64,000 nucleotides of DNA from Cycas panzhihuaensis (Eukaryota > Plantae > Cycadophyta). Below are positions 24,175 through 38,042 of this stretch, piece by piece (the first letter of the stretch is position 1; each line of letters begins with the position of its first letter). The translations under genes and the position numbers were made by a program. Location of the stretch: positions 209,505,741-209,569,740 of the forward strand of contig CM041465.1 in NCBI GenBank assembly GCA_023213395.1, given 5' to 3'. The notes below the pieces were generated by a model. The model searched no databases, was not told where the DNA came from, and was given only the letters and a program-made list of their open reading frames with translations.

Positions 24175-26088
24175 ATCATTACTCTTAGGGAGCAATTGTA
24201 CTGTCTTCACTTACGAGAGGGCGAACAAGTTTCTGATTTTATTACAAAATTAGTAGGAATTAAAAATAATATTACATCTACAAGTGAATCTGCATCTAAT
24301 ACAGAAATTGTTCGTCTAATATTAAATAAATTGCCAAAATCATTTAAGAATCTAGTAAATACACTTACTGTGGGAGGACAAACCAACAACATGTCATTTG
24401 ACACCTTATGTGGACATACTCTCCAACAAGAGCAGAGGATACAGAGGTATAACAAAGAAACTGAAGTTGAAGAGGCATTTCTCTCCAAACTCATAATTGG
24501 AGATGAGTAATAAGTAATGGTGTGTATCACAAGGGGAGTGGGTTTCCTCAATCACACGATTCATCAATAACCAACCCTTCTAAGCATTTGTTAGTACCAG
24601 GAAACAATGTATTTAGATATAACAATCAAGTCACAAATTTCAAGCTTTTTACCCTTGAAGGCTCTTTCCACATTGGCAAAGTTGTAGGGGTGTGTTTTGC
24701 TTTATAAACATGTGAGAGTACATCTGACTAATGAATGTGGAATATCAACCCAGTGATGGGGATCGCATTACATCCAATCAACCCAAGTGGCAATGGCTCT
24801 GACTGATAGTACTAATGAGTAGTAAGTAATGGTGCGTAGCATAAGGGGAGCGAGATTTCCTCAATCACATGATTCATTAGTAATCTACCCTTCTAAGCAT
24901 TTGTTAGTATTAGGAAGGAACGTGTTTAGATATAACAATCAAGTCAGAGAGGAAGATCAATAGATGTAAGAACTGACAAAGAAAGATCAAGATCTGGCAG
25001 AGAAAAATCAACAAACACTTGGTATGTTATCACTATGACAAACCAGGACACTTTGTTGTAGATTGTAGATCAGTTGAAACTCATCCTTATTATTACTGTG
25101 GTAGATATGGACACCTTTCAAGCAACTATTTCTACAAAAGAACTAAAATTTTAAAGGAAAACGTGTAGAAGGCAACTATAGTAATGAACAGTCTAAAGAC
25201 AAGGAAGAAGAAAAAATTGCTTTAGTTGTTGCCTTGGCCTCAGACGTTTATCATAATGAAGATTGGTTTATTGATTCAGGAGTTTCAAACCATGTAACTG
25301 GGAGAGGACCAGTTTGAAACTCTTCATCCATATCCAATAAATAAAATTGTTGAACTTGGTGATGATTTTTCTTTGAAAATTAAAAGTAAAGGAACTGTTG
25401 CAATCAAAATCAAGCAAGACATCAAAAAAATCGGCAATATTTTATTTGTCCCAGGATTGAAAAAAAAAATCTTTTTGTATCATAATTAAGGAGAAAAAAA
25501 GCTTTGAGTGGTATTCCATAAAGATGGAAAATGTTATGTTCATAACATAGAAAAGGAAAGTGAAATCATTGCTAAAGGTACAAACACTAATAATCTCTAT
25601 AAATTAGTTCCTACTACCATTCTCTCTTCTATAAAAACTTTTGTTGCCCAAAGTATTGATAATGAAGTTTGCCATTCTCGGTATGGACATTTTGCAAATG
25701 ATAGACTAAAACTGCTCAAAACTTTTGCTATGGTTGATGGATTGCCTGCTAACATTACAATAAATTCTTCTATTTGGAAAAGTTGTATGTTAGGCAAACA
25801 ACATAGAGCATCATTCCAATAAAGTAATTGGAGAGCACAAGAAAAACTGGAATTGGTCCATAGTGATATATGTGGACCAATTACACCAAATTCCACTAAT
25901 GGTGCTAGGCACTTTCCTACTTTTATAGATGACTTCACTAAAATAGCTTGGGTGTCCTTTATCTTCAATAACTCAGAAGCTCTTGATTGTTTTAAAGAAC
26001 TTAAAGCTCAAGTTGAATTGGAAAGTGGACACAATTTAAAATACCTAGTATAAATGGAAGAGAAGAATATGTTTTAAATGATTTGTTT
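24175..26088 (+). pseudogene. gag-pol: Copia A gag (two knuckles), protease and integrase N-terminal part; interrupted by the TRIM and truncated by F
   Basis: LILNKLPKSF; CYH.DKPGHFVVDC; WFIDSGVSNHVTG; LVHSDICGP...FIDDFTK. Confidence 0.88.
24504..24946 (-). mobile_element. TRIM (terminal-repeat retrotransposon in miniature)
   Basis: 130/131-bp direct repeats TGAGTA...AGTCA at 24504-24633 and 24816-24946; 182-bp non-coding core; degenerate reverse PBS (ggctctga...) next to the right repeat; GAGA on both flanks. Confidence 0.85.
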
Positions 26089-26928
26089 GGTTAACATAAT
26101 AGGAGTTTTTTGATATGTTTTGGTCATGTATTAAGTGGTGGCGTCCTTGAGTAAGTGTGTGGCCTTTTGTTTGCAACCGGATGGAAGAACAGTGGTTGGA
26201 TTTGGAGCGTATGTCGCTTGGATGAGTACTGGGCTATGTAGGTATTATCCAGTTGTAAGTCAGTTTTGGGGTTCATTGGAGCTCGGGCAACCTGCATGGA
26301 GATTGCAGCAGCCGCATCACATTTATAGTCGGCGGGAGAGATATGTGATATCAAACGATATCACTTTGATATATTTAACATATCTTAACCTTAATTGGCC
26401 AAATAAACATGTGCCTATTATAATTTAACGTGTGAGGTTAATAAAAAAGGCATGCGACTAGTGAGAAAAAGTCGCAGCTCTCAAAAATATGCCTTTTGGC
26501 ATATTCCTCACATAAAATAACTTTATAAAAGGCCTTTATACCATTGATATTTCATATTGTTCAGTTGTGAAGCTTTATGAAGCATTATGGAGGCCTATGT
26601 GATCATCATTGAGCCATTTGTTGTGTGGATCTGACTTGAAAGACCCTACACCTAGTATTGTGAAGTGATTCCTTCTGTTTGAAGCATATTCTAAGGCATC
26701 TTAAGTCATATTTGAGCCTTTTTTGGAGCATTTTATGGACTTTCTTGAAACATGTTTGTGAAGGGTAAACAGTTGGTAGGTCATTTTGGCATGCATAATC
26801 ATTGTTCAATGATTCCCAGTGAATGTGCCTAAAAAGGAGATTATCACAGTGACGTAGGTATTGTCCGGAAGATTATAAGTCCAGTAGTCTGGTGATATTA
26901 ACTCATTTGTTAAAGCTCATTTCTCAAG

Positions 26929-29132
26929 ATGGCTCGTGTGATGCCCAAAGTTATCTTTAATGGAAACAATCAACAAGTGGAAGGCCAACATGGACTTAGT
27001 GTTGATGGTGAATCAACTTTGGGCAATTACTAAGACCAAAGTGGACGCAATCTCTCTCTTGACCATAAAGAACGTGTACGACTTCAGGAGAAGTAGTTTA
27101 TGGCCATCAGATTGTTGAAACTATCATCGACGCCTGACCAGAGCGCATTGGCTCAAAACCTTGAACAACCAAACAAAGATTGGGCAAAATTGTGTGAAAC
27201 TTTTGAGAAGAGGAAGACGAATAAATGTCTGGCTTTAATGTTAGAGCTTCTCAATTCTAGAGCAAAAGATGAGATCAACATAAGTTCCTACCTGAATAAA
27301 ATCACTAACATGAGAAATAAGTTAGAAGAGTTGAAGCCGAATCCGATTGATGATGCGCTTTCATTTGCGATAATCATGTCAAAGTTGCCAGATACTTTTG
27401 CCACTTTTTAGACCATATGTGGTAGAGATGAGACGATGGAGATAGAGACGTTTGATGGCATAAAAAATCTTATTGTAACAAAGGATGCCAAGTTAAAACA
27501 TCAAGGGATGCTTGGAGGTTCCAAGTCAAGTCAAGCCTTAGTCATGAAGACACAGAGGAGAGAGGTTGTTTAGGAGGAGAAGTTCACACAAAGGTACACA
27601 CAAAGGTACGAGGAAGACTCTCGGAAGAAGAAGAAACTCACTTGTAAATGTAACTACTGCAAGAAGGAAGGCCACAAAGAAAAGAATTGTTCGTTCAAGA
27701 GATGGAACAAATGCAAAGTTAGCTAGGATGATAAAGGGAAGAGCTTAGCAGCACACTATGTCAGAGTGTCAACCTTGTTAGCCAAGTCAAGCCAGAGAGA
27801 CTATTGGATATTGGACTCTGGAGCGTAGAAACATGCCTCTTTCCAAAAGCACAACTTTGATGCATGGAGTGCAGATCATAGTGGTGCGGAGATCATCCTT
27901 GGAGATGCTCGCATGTTATTGGTGGAAGGTGTTGATGATATTTCCTTGGTAGGTGGTAAGTTTACAGGGGTCTATTATGTACCCAAGATGCAATTGAATT
28001 TACTTTCAGCCCGAGAAACCTACAAACATGGAATGAAGGTGGAGCTTTATAATGATAGATATTTGATTAAGGATCCTAAACAAAATTTCTCTGTTATTGC
28101 TACTGGGAAAGTTAGAGATAATTTTTTGGTGTTTGAAAAGTTTCAATCCCAAAAGAAGTCCTATGCTTTTGTTGCTAGTGCAGATGATGGGAATAGGCTG
28201 TGACATGATCGCCTAAGTCACCTTAATTATAGAAGCATTGCATTGCTCAAAAGGTTGAAAATGGTGGAAGGGTTACCATCTGTTTCATGTTCAGACAGTG
28301 TTTGTGAAGGTTGCATCTATGGGAAACATCATTGCTATCCTTTTGCTCGGGACAATGCCTAGAGAGCCAAGGAGAAGCATAAACTTGTGCATACAGACAT
28401 GATGGATCCACTCCCAAACCCTTCCATATCAGGAGCTCGGTATAGCTTAGTGTTTGTAGACAACCACACTAGGAAGCCCTAGGTATATTTCTTGGAAAAC
28501 AAGTCAGATGTGTTTGATCACTTCTGTGACTAGAAAGCGAGTATTGAGAACAAAAGTGATAAGAAGATTAAAACATTAAGAAGTGATAATGACAACGAAT
28601 ACGACAATCATACATTTAATCAGTTCTGCTAGGATCATGGTATAAAACGGGAGTTTACAGTCCTATATACCACACAACAAAATAGTGCAGAAAGGAAAAA
28701 TCATGCCATGATAGAGACGGCAAGGTGTATGATACACTCGAAAAACTTGCCACCGATGTTTTGGGTAGAGGCTATAGCAATTCTTGTTTACACTTTGAAC
28801 CGGGTACCCGCTCAAGCAATTCGTAGAATGAACCCTAAAGAGAAATGGACCAGTTGTAAACCTGTCATCAGCCATTTAAAAACTTTTGGGTGAATTGGAT
28901 ATTCACACATCCCTGGCGAAGGTCGCAAGAAGTTGGATTGCAAGAGTTTGAAGTGTATTTTTGTGGGGTATTGTGATCAAAACAAATCTTATAGATTATG
29001 GGATCTGCAGGGGAAATGAATTGTGATTAGTTGAGATGTCAAATTTGATGACTCATCAAGATATCATATCATTTTGAGAAGTCATTAGAAGAGCCTTTTT
29101 ACCCTCCACCACTTCCATTTTTGAATTCATCA
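26929..29132 (+). pseudogene. gag-pol: Copia F gag-PR-INT
   Basis: Copia domain motifs with stops and frameshifts. Confidence 0.85.
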
Positions 29133-30188
29133 TGATCCAGGAGGATCTACCATATGTTTACAGGATGCAGAAAATGCTAGGCATTGGCATAACTAAAAGA
29201 GATATGGCCAAATGATATCAAAATTCTATGAAATTTTGTGTAAAGGGAGAAGACACATCCCACTTGATGTGTACAAAAGGTGGGGTTCAGAAAATATCAT
29301 TTGATTAGAGTTTAAGCCTTGTCTTTGCATAAAAATTAATCCCACAGCTAGCAGAAAAAAAACAGAAAATATATATTATAATTATATGAATAGAAATATG
29401 GCCAAATGACATCCAAATGAGCTAAAATTTTGAGGAAGCGGAGGAGACATGCGTTTCTATACGTGTACCAAATTTGAGCTGAATTGGAGTCCGTTAAGGT
29501 CAGTTACAAGCCGCAACTTTTAAGACTTGCAGGAAGGCCACTTGGACAACAGAAAAACAGCAAATACATATTATTATCAAATGAATAAAAATGAAGCCAA
29601 ATGACATCCAAATGAGCTGAAAATTTGAGGAAGATGAGGGGACATGCGTTCCTATACGTGTACCAAATTTGAGCCAAATTGGAGTACGTTAAGATCTGTT
29701 ACAAGCTGCAACATTTTAAGAATTGTATGAAGGCCACTTGGACAACATGCATTCTGGTGGTTAGTGGTTATACTTGCATGATTGCCACTTGTTAAACATG
29801 CAATTCAGGTTTCTTTCTATAAATTGAGCCCTTCTACAGGTTGGAGAGGTGGTTCTTGGAGACTTGACTTGGGAAGCATCCTTGGAGAAGCATATGGAGG
29901 GTTGGAGTCCCCCCTTATGGTATACTTGTAACATTTATTCCTTGTAATTTTACCATTCTTTTGCTAGTTGATTTCTCCACCATTAAATGGAGATTTTCAT
30001 GGTTTAATAAAAGTATTACTCCTCATACTTTTGGATCAATGCCAAGAATAAATTATTTGTTGTAGAATTTTCCTTTCATGGGCTCATTATTGTTTTGATG
30101 TTATTGAGCTTTCTACACTAACTCCCAGGATCTCAAGGAGGACAAGTTGATAATTGATTTCTTCACCAACTAAGCTCTTTTGGGATCA
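29133..30188 (+). repeat. 5' LTR of G, with three ~195-bp internal subrepeats
   Basis: gccaaatga motif recurs at ~29207, 29401 and 29597. Confidence 0.95.
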
Positions 30189-30321
30189 TATTTTGGTATC
30201 AGAGCCTCTGATCTTTGTTGTAGGGACTTGAATGGTACAAACAAGGAAATGATACAAAGAGAAAGGTGAAGACTTTCTTGTGTTGCAATCACCAAGAAGA
30301 CAAAGAAAGAATCCAAGCACC

Positions 30322-33300
30322 ATGGCTGAAAAAGAAGATGGAGAAATTAGATTTGAAAGGCTTGAGAAGAATGTAGAAGCCTTGATGCAAATGATGACCC
30401 ACCTTCTACCTCTAGTCAAAGGAAAAGGGAAGGAGAAGGAATTTGAAGGAGGATCCACATATGACCACGACCATGAAGAGGAAGAGGAGGAGACCTTAAA
30501 GCACTCTTTTGAAGAAAGCAAGGGTACTTCATCTCATCAACCCTTCAAGGTGGAGGCAAAGTTGGATATTCCAACTTATGATGGAGAGGTAAATGCTGAA
30601 AAGTTGGACCATTGGTTGGATCAACTTGAAACCTACTTCACAATCTATGCTTATAGTAATGCTCAAAAGCTTTCATTTGCTAGGCTCAAGTTGTGTAAAC
30701 ATGCATTGACATGGTGGAATGCATATTTAAAGACTCATGATGTATTTTCTTTTTCATGGAGGGATTTTAAGAAAATAATAAAGAAGCAATTCTACCCCAT
30801 AGGTCATGAGGAAGACCAATGGGTTACTTGGTAATATTTACGCCAAGGGAGAGGTGTAAGTGTCCAAGACTATACTTCTTTATTTTTTAGGCATGGCATG
30901 CTACTTGGTATTAATATGGATGAACATGTTACTCTTATGAAATTCATTGGAGGATTACATGAATACATAAGGAAGGAACTAAGGCTTTTTAAGGTTCAAT
31001 CCATTGGAGAAGCAAGTAGGATGGCTATGGCAATAGAAAGTAAAAGTAAGAAATCTACATTCATGTCTAAAGATTCTACTTTTACTTCTAATAAGTATGA
31101 AAAGAATCCTAAATTGCACTCATCAAAAAGGCAAGAAGGAAAGAAGAAAAGAACTAATTTTGTTAAAAGTTCTAACTATTGTGAGCATTGTAATATTAGT
31201 GGTCATATTACAGCAAAGTGTTGGAAGTTGCATCCAGAACTAAAGCCGAAGCATATCAAGGATGTGGAATTCAGAAAGAAGGAAAAAGGGAAAGCACTAC
31301 TTTCTGAGATGGAGATTCAAAGTGAAGGAGAAGAAGAGAAGGTCACCCTACTTACAAATTATGAAGATGATGCTACAAGGGAGGAACTATTTCACTTGAA
31401 GCTTCAAGTAGGAAATAGTATGATTGGTGACATGACAGATCCGGGGAGCCAAAAGAATTTGATCTCAGAAAGTTTGGTAAGGAGCATTGGGTTGGTAACT
31501 ACTCCTCACCCTCACCCATATCCTCTTGGTTGGATCCATAAAGATGTGGAAATGCAAATATCAAAGCAATGTACACTTAAATTTTCCATCACTAATGAAT
31601 TTGTTGATGAAGTAATATGTGATGTGGTGCCACTGGATGTATGCCATGTTGTGCGCACTCTTCTATCGAAGGGAGAGAAAGTATCGATTGATGAAGGATA
31701 ACAAGGGCTTCATCATAAAGGCCACAAAGAAGCACTTGGATAAGATAGCATTAATTTCAGCTACTCAAGCAAAAAGGATGATTAATGCATGTGGTAAATT
31801 CATCATCTTAATGGTAAGGAGAAAAGAAGAGCCAAGAGATGAAGAAGGTCCTTCTACTCACACTCTTCTTATATCACCTAAACAAATGCAGTAAATTGAG
31901 GAGTTAAAGACAAGGTATGATATTCTATTTCAACATGTTGATGGGCTTCCACCAAAGAGAAAGATAGAGCATGAAATCACTCTTGTAGGAGATGCACCAT
32001 TGCCTAATGTTGCTTTGTATAGGCACTCCATTGTAGAGAACAATGAGATAAAGAGGCAAGTTGAGGAGTTGCTTGATCAAGGGGTCATAAGACCTTCATG
32101 TTCACCTTGTGGGTCACCAATTGTCTTGGTACCTAAGAAGGATGGAGGATGGAGAATGTGTATAGATTTTCGTGCTTTGAATAAAATTACAATTAAAAAT
32201 CGCTACCCTTTGCCTCGCATAGATGATTTGCTTGATCAAATTCAGCATGCTTGTTATTTCACTAAATTGGATTTGAAAAGTGGTTAACACCAAGTTAGGG
32301 TCAAGGAGGAGGACACATGGAAGACAGCCTTCAAAACAAAGCAAGGACTCTTTGAATGGATGGTTATGCCTTTCGGATTGTGTAATGCTCCTGCAACATT
32401 CATGAGGCTAATGAATGAAATGTTAAGGCCTTACTTGGATAATTTTGTTGTTGTCTATCTTGATGACATTTTGATTTTCAGCAACACATGGGAGGAACAT
32501 CTGCAGCACATAGAAGAAGTTCTAAAGACTATGGTTAAGCATCATTTGAAGCTTAATGTGAAGAAGTGTGAATTTGGCAAGGAGAACTTGATCTTCTTAG
32601 GCTTTGTGGTTGGAGGAGGAAAGTTGAGCATTGATCCACTCAAGACTCAAGCCATCCTCAAATGGCCTAGGCCAACAAACATCACAGAGGTGAGAAGTTT
32701 TTTAGGAGCTTGTCAATACTTGAGAAAGTTTATTCTTCATTTCTCACAGGTTGCAGTACCTCTACATGGATTGACAAAATCTAGTAGAAAGTTTACTTGG
32801 GGTTCCAAGGAGGAAGAAGCCTTTCTTCTTTAAAGAAGAAAATTTGTGAAGCAATCGGTTTTGGCAATGCCAAATTTGCAAAGGCCTTTTGAAGTAGAAG
32901 TTGATGCAAGTGGAAATGCGATGGGAGCTGTCCTTATTCAAGATGGGAAGCCTATTGCCTACCATTCGTAAGTCTTCACCCCTCAAGTGAAGAACTACCC
33001 AACATATGATCGAGAAATATTCGCACTTCATCAAGCATGCAAGCATTGGAGGTCATACTTGCTCTAAAAGAGGTTGTAGTTCATACCGATCATAAGCCTC
33101 TTCAATTTTACAAACTCAAAGTAAGTTACTGACCAAGCAAGACACATGAAGTGGATGAGTTATTTACAACAATTCAATATTGTAATTAAGTATAAAAGGA
33201 TCTAATAACAAAATTGTTGATATGTTATCTAGACCACCTTGTTCCACTTCTTCTTCTACTTTTGTTTGTAGTTCTCTTATGAGTTTGCAGGTGAAACCAA

Positions 33301-34748
33301 TGCATCATGAAGAGTACAAAGACTTGTACCATGAAGATGAAGCTTTGAAGGAAGAATTAGAGAACCTATCGAAAGGAAGACCTTCCCAGCTTGCTTGGAA
33401 GGATGGTCTACTTTTCAAAGGGGAGCAGCTCTATGTTCCATCAAAAGGAGACAAGATCAAGTGGCTTAGAGAAGCCCATACTTCTAAAGTAGCTGGTCAC
33501 TTTGGTATAGAGAAGACTTTAGCAAACTTGAGAAGATATGTTGTATGGACAAAAATGCAAAATGATGTAAAAAAATATGTAAAAGGATGTGTAATGTGTA
33601 ATACTTCTAAGCCTTCTTCTAGAAAATTAGGATTGTATACACCACTTCCTATTCCCACTAGACCTTGGGAAAGTATCTCCATTGATTTTTTAGGAGGACT
33701 TCCCATGACTAGAAAGGGACATGATTATCTCTTTGTTGTTGTAGATAGGTTTAGTAAAATGATATGTCTAATACCTTGTAAGAAGACAATCACAGTGCAG
33801 GGAGCAATGAATTATTCTTCGAGCATGTATGGAAGAATTTTGGCTTGCCTTCTTCCATCATTTCAGATCGGGACACTCGATTCCTTTCATCATTTTGGAA
33901 GTCACTATGGGAGATGATGGATACCAAATTGAAGAGGAGTACAAGTTTCCATCCTCAAAGATGGACAAACCAAGTAGTGAATGTAACTTTGGTACATCTA
34001 TTGAGGATACAATTCCAAGCATCCAAAGACTTGGGATGAATCATTGGCTTTTCTACAATTTGCTTTTAATAGAGCAATGCATGCATCACACTCTAAAGCA
34101 CCTTTTGAAGTTTGTTTGGGATACTTACCTCAAAGTCCATTTGACTTAGAGTTTTCCATGCAAGCTAAGGAAGGATCCGTCAAAGAGAAGGAGGAGCATG
34201 ACAAGGCTTTAAGATACTTGGAGAAGATCCAGAGAGTCCAAAAAGAAGTACATGATCAACTTCTAACGACTCAACAAAAGTACAAGGAAAGACATGACAA
34301 GCATAGGCAAGAGTGTACTTTCCAAGAAGGAGATTTAGTATGGTTATACTTGAGCAAGGAGAGGCTAAAAGGAGAAGGTAAGAAACTCAAACCTATAAGG
34401 TATGGACCATTCAAGATTTTGAGAAAAGTAGGTTGTAATGCTTTCCAACTTGATCTTCCACCTTATATGCAAATATATTCAGTAGTAAATGCTGAATACT
34501 TAAAGCTCTTTGAGCCCTCCATGCTAGATGAGGAACAAGACCAGTTCACTCTACCTTCAGTTGATGATTTGTATTTGGAAAGTGAGGAGCCTCTCAAGGA
34601 AGATTGTATCTTGGAGAGAAAATCTACCAAAACAAGACAGAAGACACATGAATCTTTCAGGATTGGAGTAGCAGGGCAATTGCCTAGTAAGGCCAAGTGG
34701 TTTAGTAGGCAACAAGGAGAACAACACTTCCCCCATCTCCAATTCTAA
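30322..34748 (+). pseudogene. gag-pol: G gag-pol (gag, PR, RT, RH, INT and a chromodomain-like tail), disrupted
   Basis: CEHCNISGHITAKCW; DPGSQKNLI; [12 protein letters not shown]; VYLDDILI; RPWESISIDF; YGPF; several stops and frameshifts. Confidence 0.95.
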
Positions 34749-34790
34749 GCCAAACAGGAGTTGGCTATTTTTCCAAGGAAGGGGGAGCCA

Positions 34791-35841
34791 TGATCCAGGA
34801 GGATCTACCATATGTTTACAGGATGCAGAAAATGCTAGGCATTGGCATAACTAAAAGAGATATGGCCAAATGATATCAAAATTCTATGAAATTTTGTGTA
34901 AAGGGAGAAGACACATCCCACTTGATGTGTACAAAAGGTGGGGTTCAGAAAATATCATTTGATTAGAGTTTAAGCCTTGTCTTTGCGTAAAAATTAATCC
35001 CACAGCTAGCAGAAAAAAAACAGAAAATATATATTATAATTATATGAATAGAAATATGGCCAAATGACATCCAAATGAGCTAAAATTTTGAGGAAGCGGA
35101 GGAGACATGCGTTTCTATACGTGTACCAAATTTGAGCTGAATTGGAGTCCGTTAAGGTCAGTTACAAGCCGCAACTTTTAAGACTTGCAGGAAGGCCACT
35201 TAGACAGCAGAAAAACAGCAAATACATATTATTATCAAATGAATAAAAATGAAGCCAAATGACATCCAAATGAGCTGAAAATTTGAGGAAGATGAGGGGA
35301 CATGCGTTCCTATACGTGTACCAAATTTGAGCCAAATTGGAGTACGTTAAGATCTGTTACAAGCTGCAACATTTTAAGAATTGTATGAAGGCCACTTGGA
35401 CAACATGCATTCTGGTGTGGTTATACTTGCATGATTGCCACTTGTTAAACATGCAATTCAGGTTTCTTTCTATAAATTGAGCCCTTCTACAGGTTGGAGA
35501 GGTGGTTCTTGGAGACTTGACTTGGGAAGCATCCTTGGAGAAGCATATGGAGGGTTGGAGTCCCCCCTTATGGTATACTTGTAACATTTATTCCTTGTAA
35601 TTTTACCATTCTTTTGCTAGTTGATTTCTCCACCATTAAATGGAGATTTTCATGGTTTAATAAAAGTATTACTCCTCATACTTTTGGATCAATGCCAAGA
35701 ATAAATTATTTGTTGTAGAATTTTCCTTTCATGGGCTCATTATTGTTTTGATGTTATTGAGCTTTCTACACTAACTCCCAGGATCTCAAGGAGGACAAGT
35801 TGATAATTGATTTCTTCACCAACTAAGCTCTTTTGGGATCA
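34791..35841 (+). repeat. 3' LTR of G
   Basis: Matches 29133-30188. Confidence 0.95.
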
Positions 35842-35846
35842 CATCA

Positions 35847-37624
35847 ACTAAAGAGGACAATGAGCCAATTGTTGGAATTCAAGAGGAAGCTGGACCGAGT
35901 GGAGCAATAGTGAGGAGTCGTCACATGAAGTACCTACAACACCAAGTTCTTCTATACTGTTATGGGCAAGGAAGACGATTGAGGATTTCGGATTGGCGAT
36001 GCACACCCTTGCTAATGACAAGAGAACAAGAAGTTAGCATGCCAGTCGGACTCCGCTAGTAGACACCACTAACTCCAGTGATCCTATTTCGTATGACGAA
36101 GCGAAGGATGATCCACGATGGAGAGTTGCAATAGAGGAGTATGGTTCACTCATGAAAAATGACATATGGGATTTGGTTCCGCTCCCTCAGAAGTAGAACC
36201 TTGTTGGATGCAAGTGCGTCTACAAGACTAAGTTATGCTCAGATGGAGAAGTAGACAAGTATAAGGCTAGGCTTATCACTCAAGGGTTTAAGCAAAAGGA
36301 AGGAATTGATAATGATGAGACATTTGCACCAGTCTCCAAGATAATGACAGTTTGGTTGATCATTTCCTTAGCAGTTGCATATGGTTGGGAATTACACTAG
36401 ATGGACATGAAGCCCGCATTTCTTAATGGGGATCTAAAGGAGGAGATTTACATGTCGCAACCTCTGGAATTCATTAAGAAAGGGCAGGAGCATCTTGTAT
36501 TCCGATTGAAAAAATCACTCTATGGCCTAAAACAAGCACTCCATGCTTCTCATGAGAAGATCGATGCCAAGTTGAAGGATGAAGGATTTGTTGTTTCAGA
36601 TCTAGACCCAAATCTGTATGTGAAAAGGAGAGGGACCTCAATAGTAGCTATTGTGTTGTATGTGGATGATTTACTCATCGGAGACAACTATAATAAGACT
36701 ATTGTAGGAGTTAAGTCCAATTTGAGAGCTACTTTTGATATGACAAACCTTGGGCAGCTTCACTACTTCTTGGGCATTCAAGTCAAGCAGATGGAAGATC
36801 AGATCATGTTGTTGCAGACATAGTATGTGAAGAACCTATTGGAAAAGTTCAGGATGCAAGATTGCAAGTCAATTGCAACACCATGTGCTAAGGGCACAAG
36901 ACTGCAAAATGATATAGCCAAATCCTCTGTAGATGGAACTATGTACCGTCAATTGGTAGGTAGTCTAATCTATTTGACTCATACCAGACTAGATATAGCC
37001 TATGCTATTGGATTGGTTTCTCGATATATGCATAAGTCTTAGGAACCACATTGGGTTACAACGAAGCAGGTTCTAAAGTAATTAAAGGGGACACTCAATC
37101 TTGGTCTCAAATATCATCGTGGTGAGGAGATAAAGTTGTATGGATACACTGATGTTGATTGGGGAGGAGACTCAGACGATTGAAAGTTCACTATTGGTAA
37201 TGGATTTGTTTCGTGGTAGTCGAAGAAGCAACAAACAATGGCGTTATCTTCTATAAAAGCAGAATATCAAGGACTCAGTGTTGGTGTGAAAGAAGTTGTA
37301 TGGTTGCAAGGTCTCTTGAAAGTTCTTGGAGTTTCAAATGGCCATCCAATTATTTTTGTCAATAATCAGAGTACCATTCACTTTTCAAATAATCTAGAGT
37401 TTCATGCTCGTACGAAGCACATTGAGATACAACACCACTACATCCATGAACAGATCAAGTCAAGGAAGCTACAAGTCGACTCTTGTTCTAGTGAATATCA
37501 GTTTGCGGACATCTTCACCAAAACGCTTACTAAAGATCAATTCACAAAAATGCATATTGAATTAAGACTCACAGATGTTATCCTTGAGGAGGGATGTATC
37601 AACAAGGATAAAGAAGCAAGATAG
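35847..37624 (+). pseudogene. pol: Copia F RT and RNase H
   Basis: MDMKPAFLNGDLKEEIYM; KSLYGLKQA; LYVDDLLI; FHARTKHIEIQHHY. Confidence 0.9.
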
Positions 37625-37690
37625 TCCCAACCTTTGTGATAACACAGCTGTTGTAGGTTGCAGGTTCCCCACATTTACATTAAGGAGGGA

Positions 37691-38037
37691 TGTTAACATG
37701 GAAGATGTTTGTTAAACCATTGGTTAATGCTAATGTGGTGGTTTAACTTAATTGTGATTAACGAAATAGTGTAAGTTATGCGAAGGGTCACAACCCTTAT
37801 TGGTCAACAACTCTTGGAAGAATACAAAATCCTAGAGCCCTTGTATATTCAAATCAAGCAAGTCGTGATCAATGTGATCTATTGATCTTTGTGGTGGGTT
37901 TCTTCCTAAAAGAGTTTCCCACGTAAATCCTGTGTACTATGCATCTGTTTTTTGTGTATATCTTGTTTGCTTGTTGTGTATATAGTAAAAGATTCTACGG
38001 ATATAAGCATGTATGCATTCATTCATGTTTCTTAACA
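37691..38037 (+). repeat. 3' LTR of Copia F
   Basis: Follows the PPT; TGTTAACA...TTAACA. Confidence 0.8.
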
Positions 38038-38042
38038 TTTTT

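Larger units (their letters stand above)
29133..35841 (+). mobile_element. Ty3/Gypsy chromovirus G (CRM-like), the youngest insertion
   Basis: Near-identical LTRs at 29133-30188 and 34791-35841; PBS TGGTATCAGAGC at 30194; PPT aaggaaggggga; perfect TSD CATCA. Confidence 0.97.
26089..38037 (+). mobile_element. Ty1/Copia element F inserted in the integrase of A; 5' LTR missing
   Basis: gag from 26929; CNYCKKEGHKEKNC; WILDSGA; integrase, RT (LYVDDLLI) and RH; PPT taaggaggga; 3' LTR 37691-38037 (TGTTAACA...TTAACA); the integrase of A resumes after 38042. Confidence 0.85.

Noticed and set aside
24504-24946. Cassandra (5S-bearing) TRIM
   Set aside because: No 5S A/C-box similarity is visible in the LTRs.
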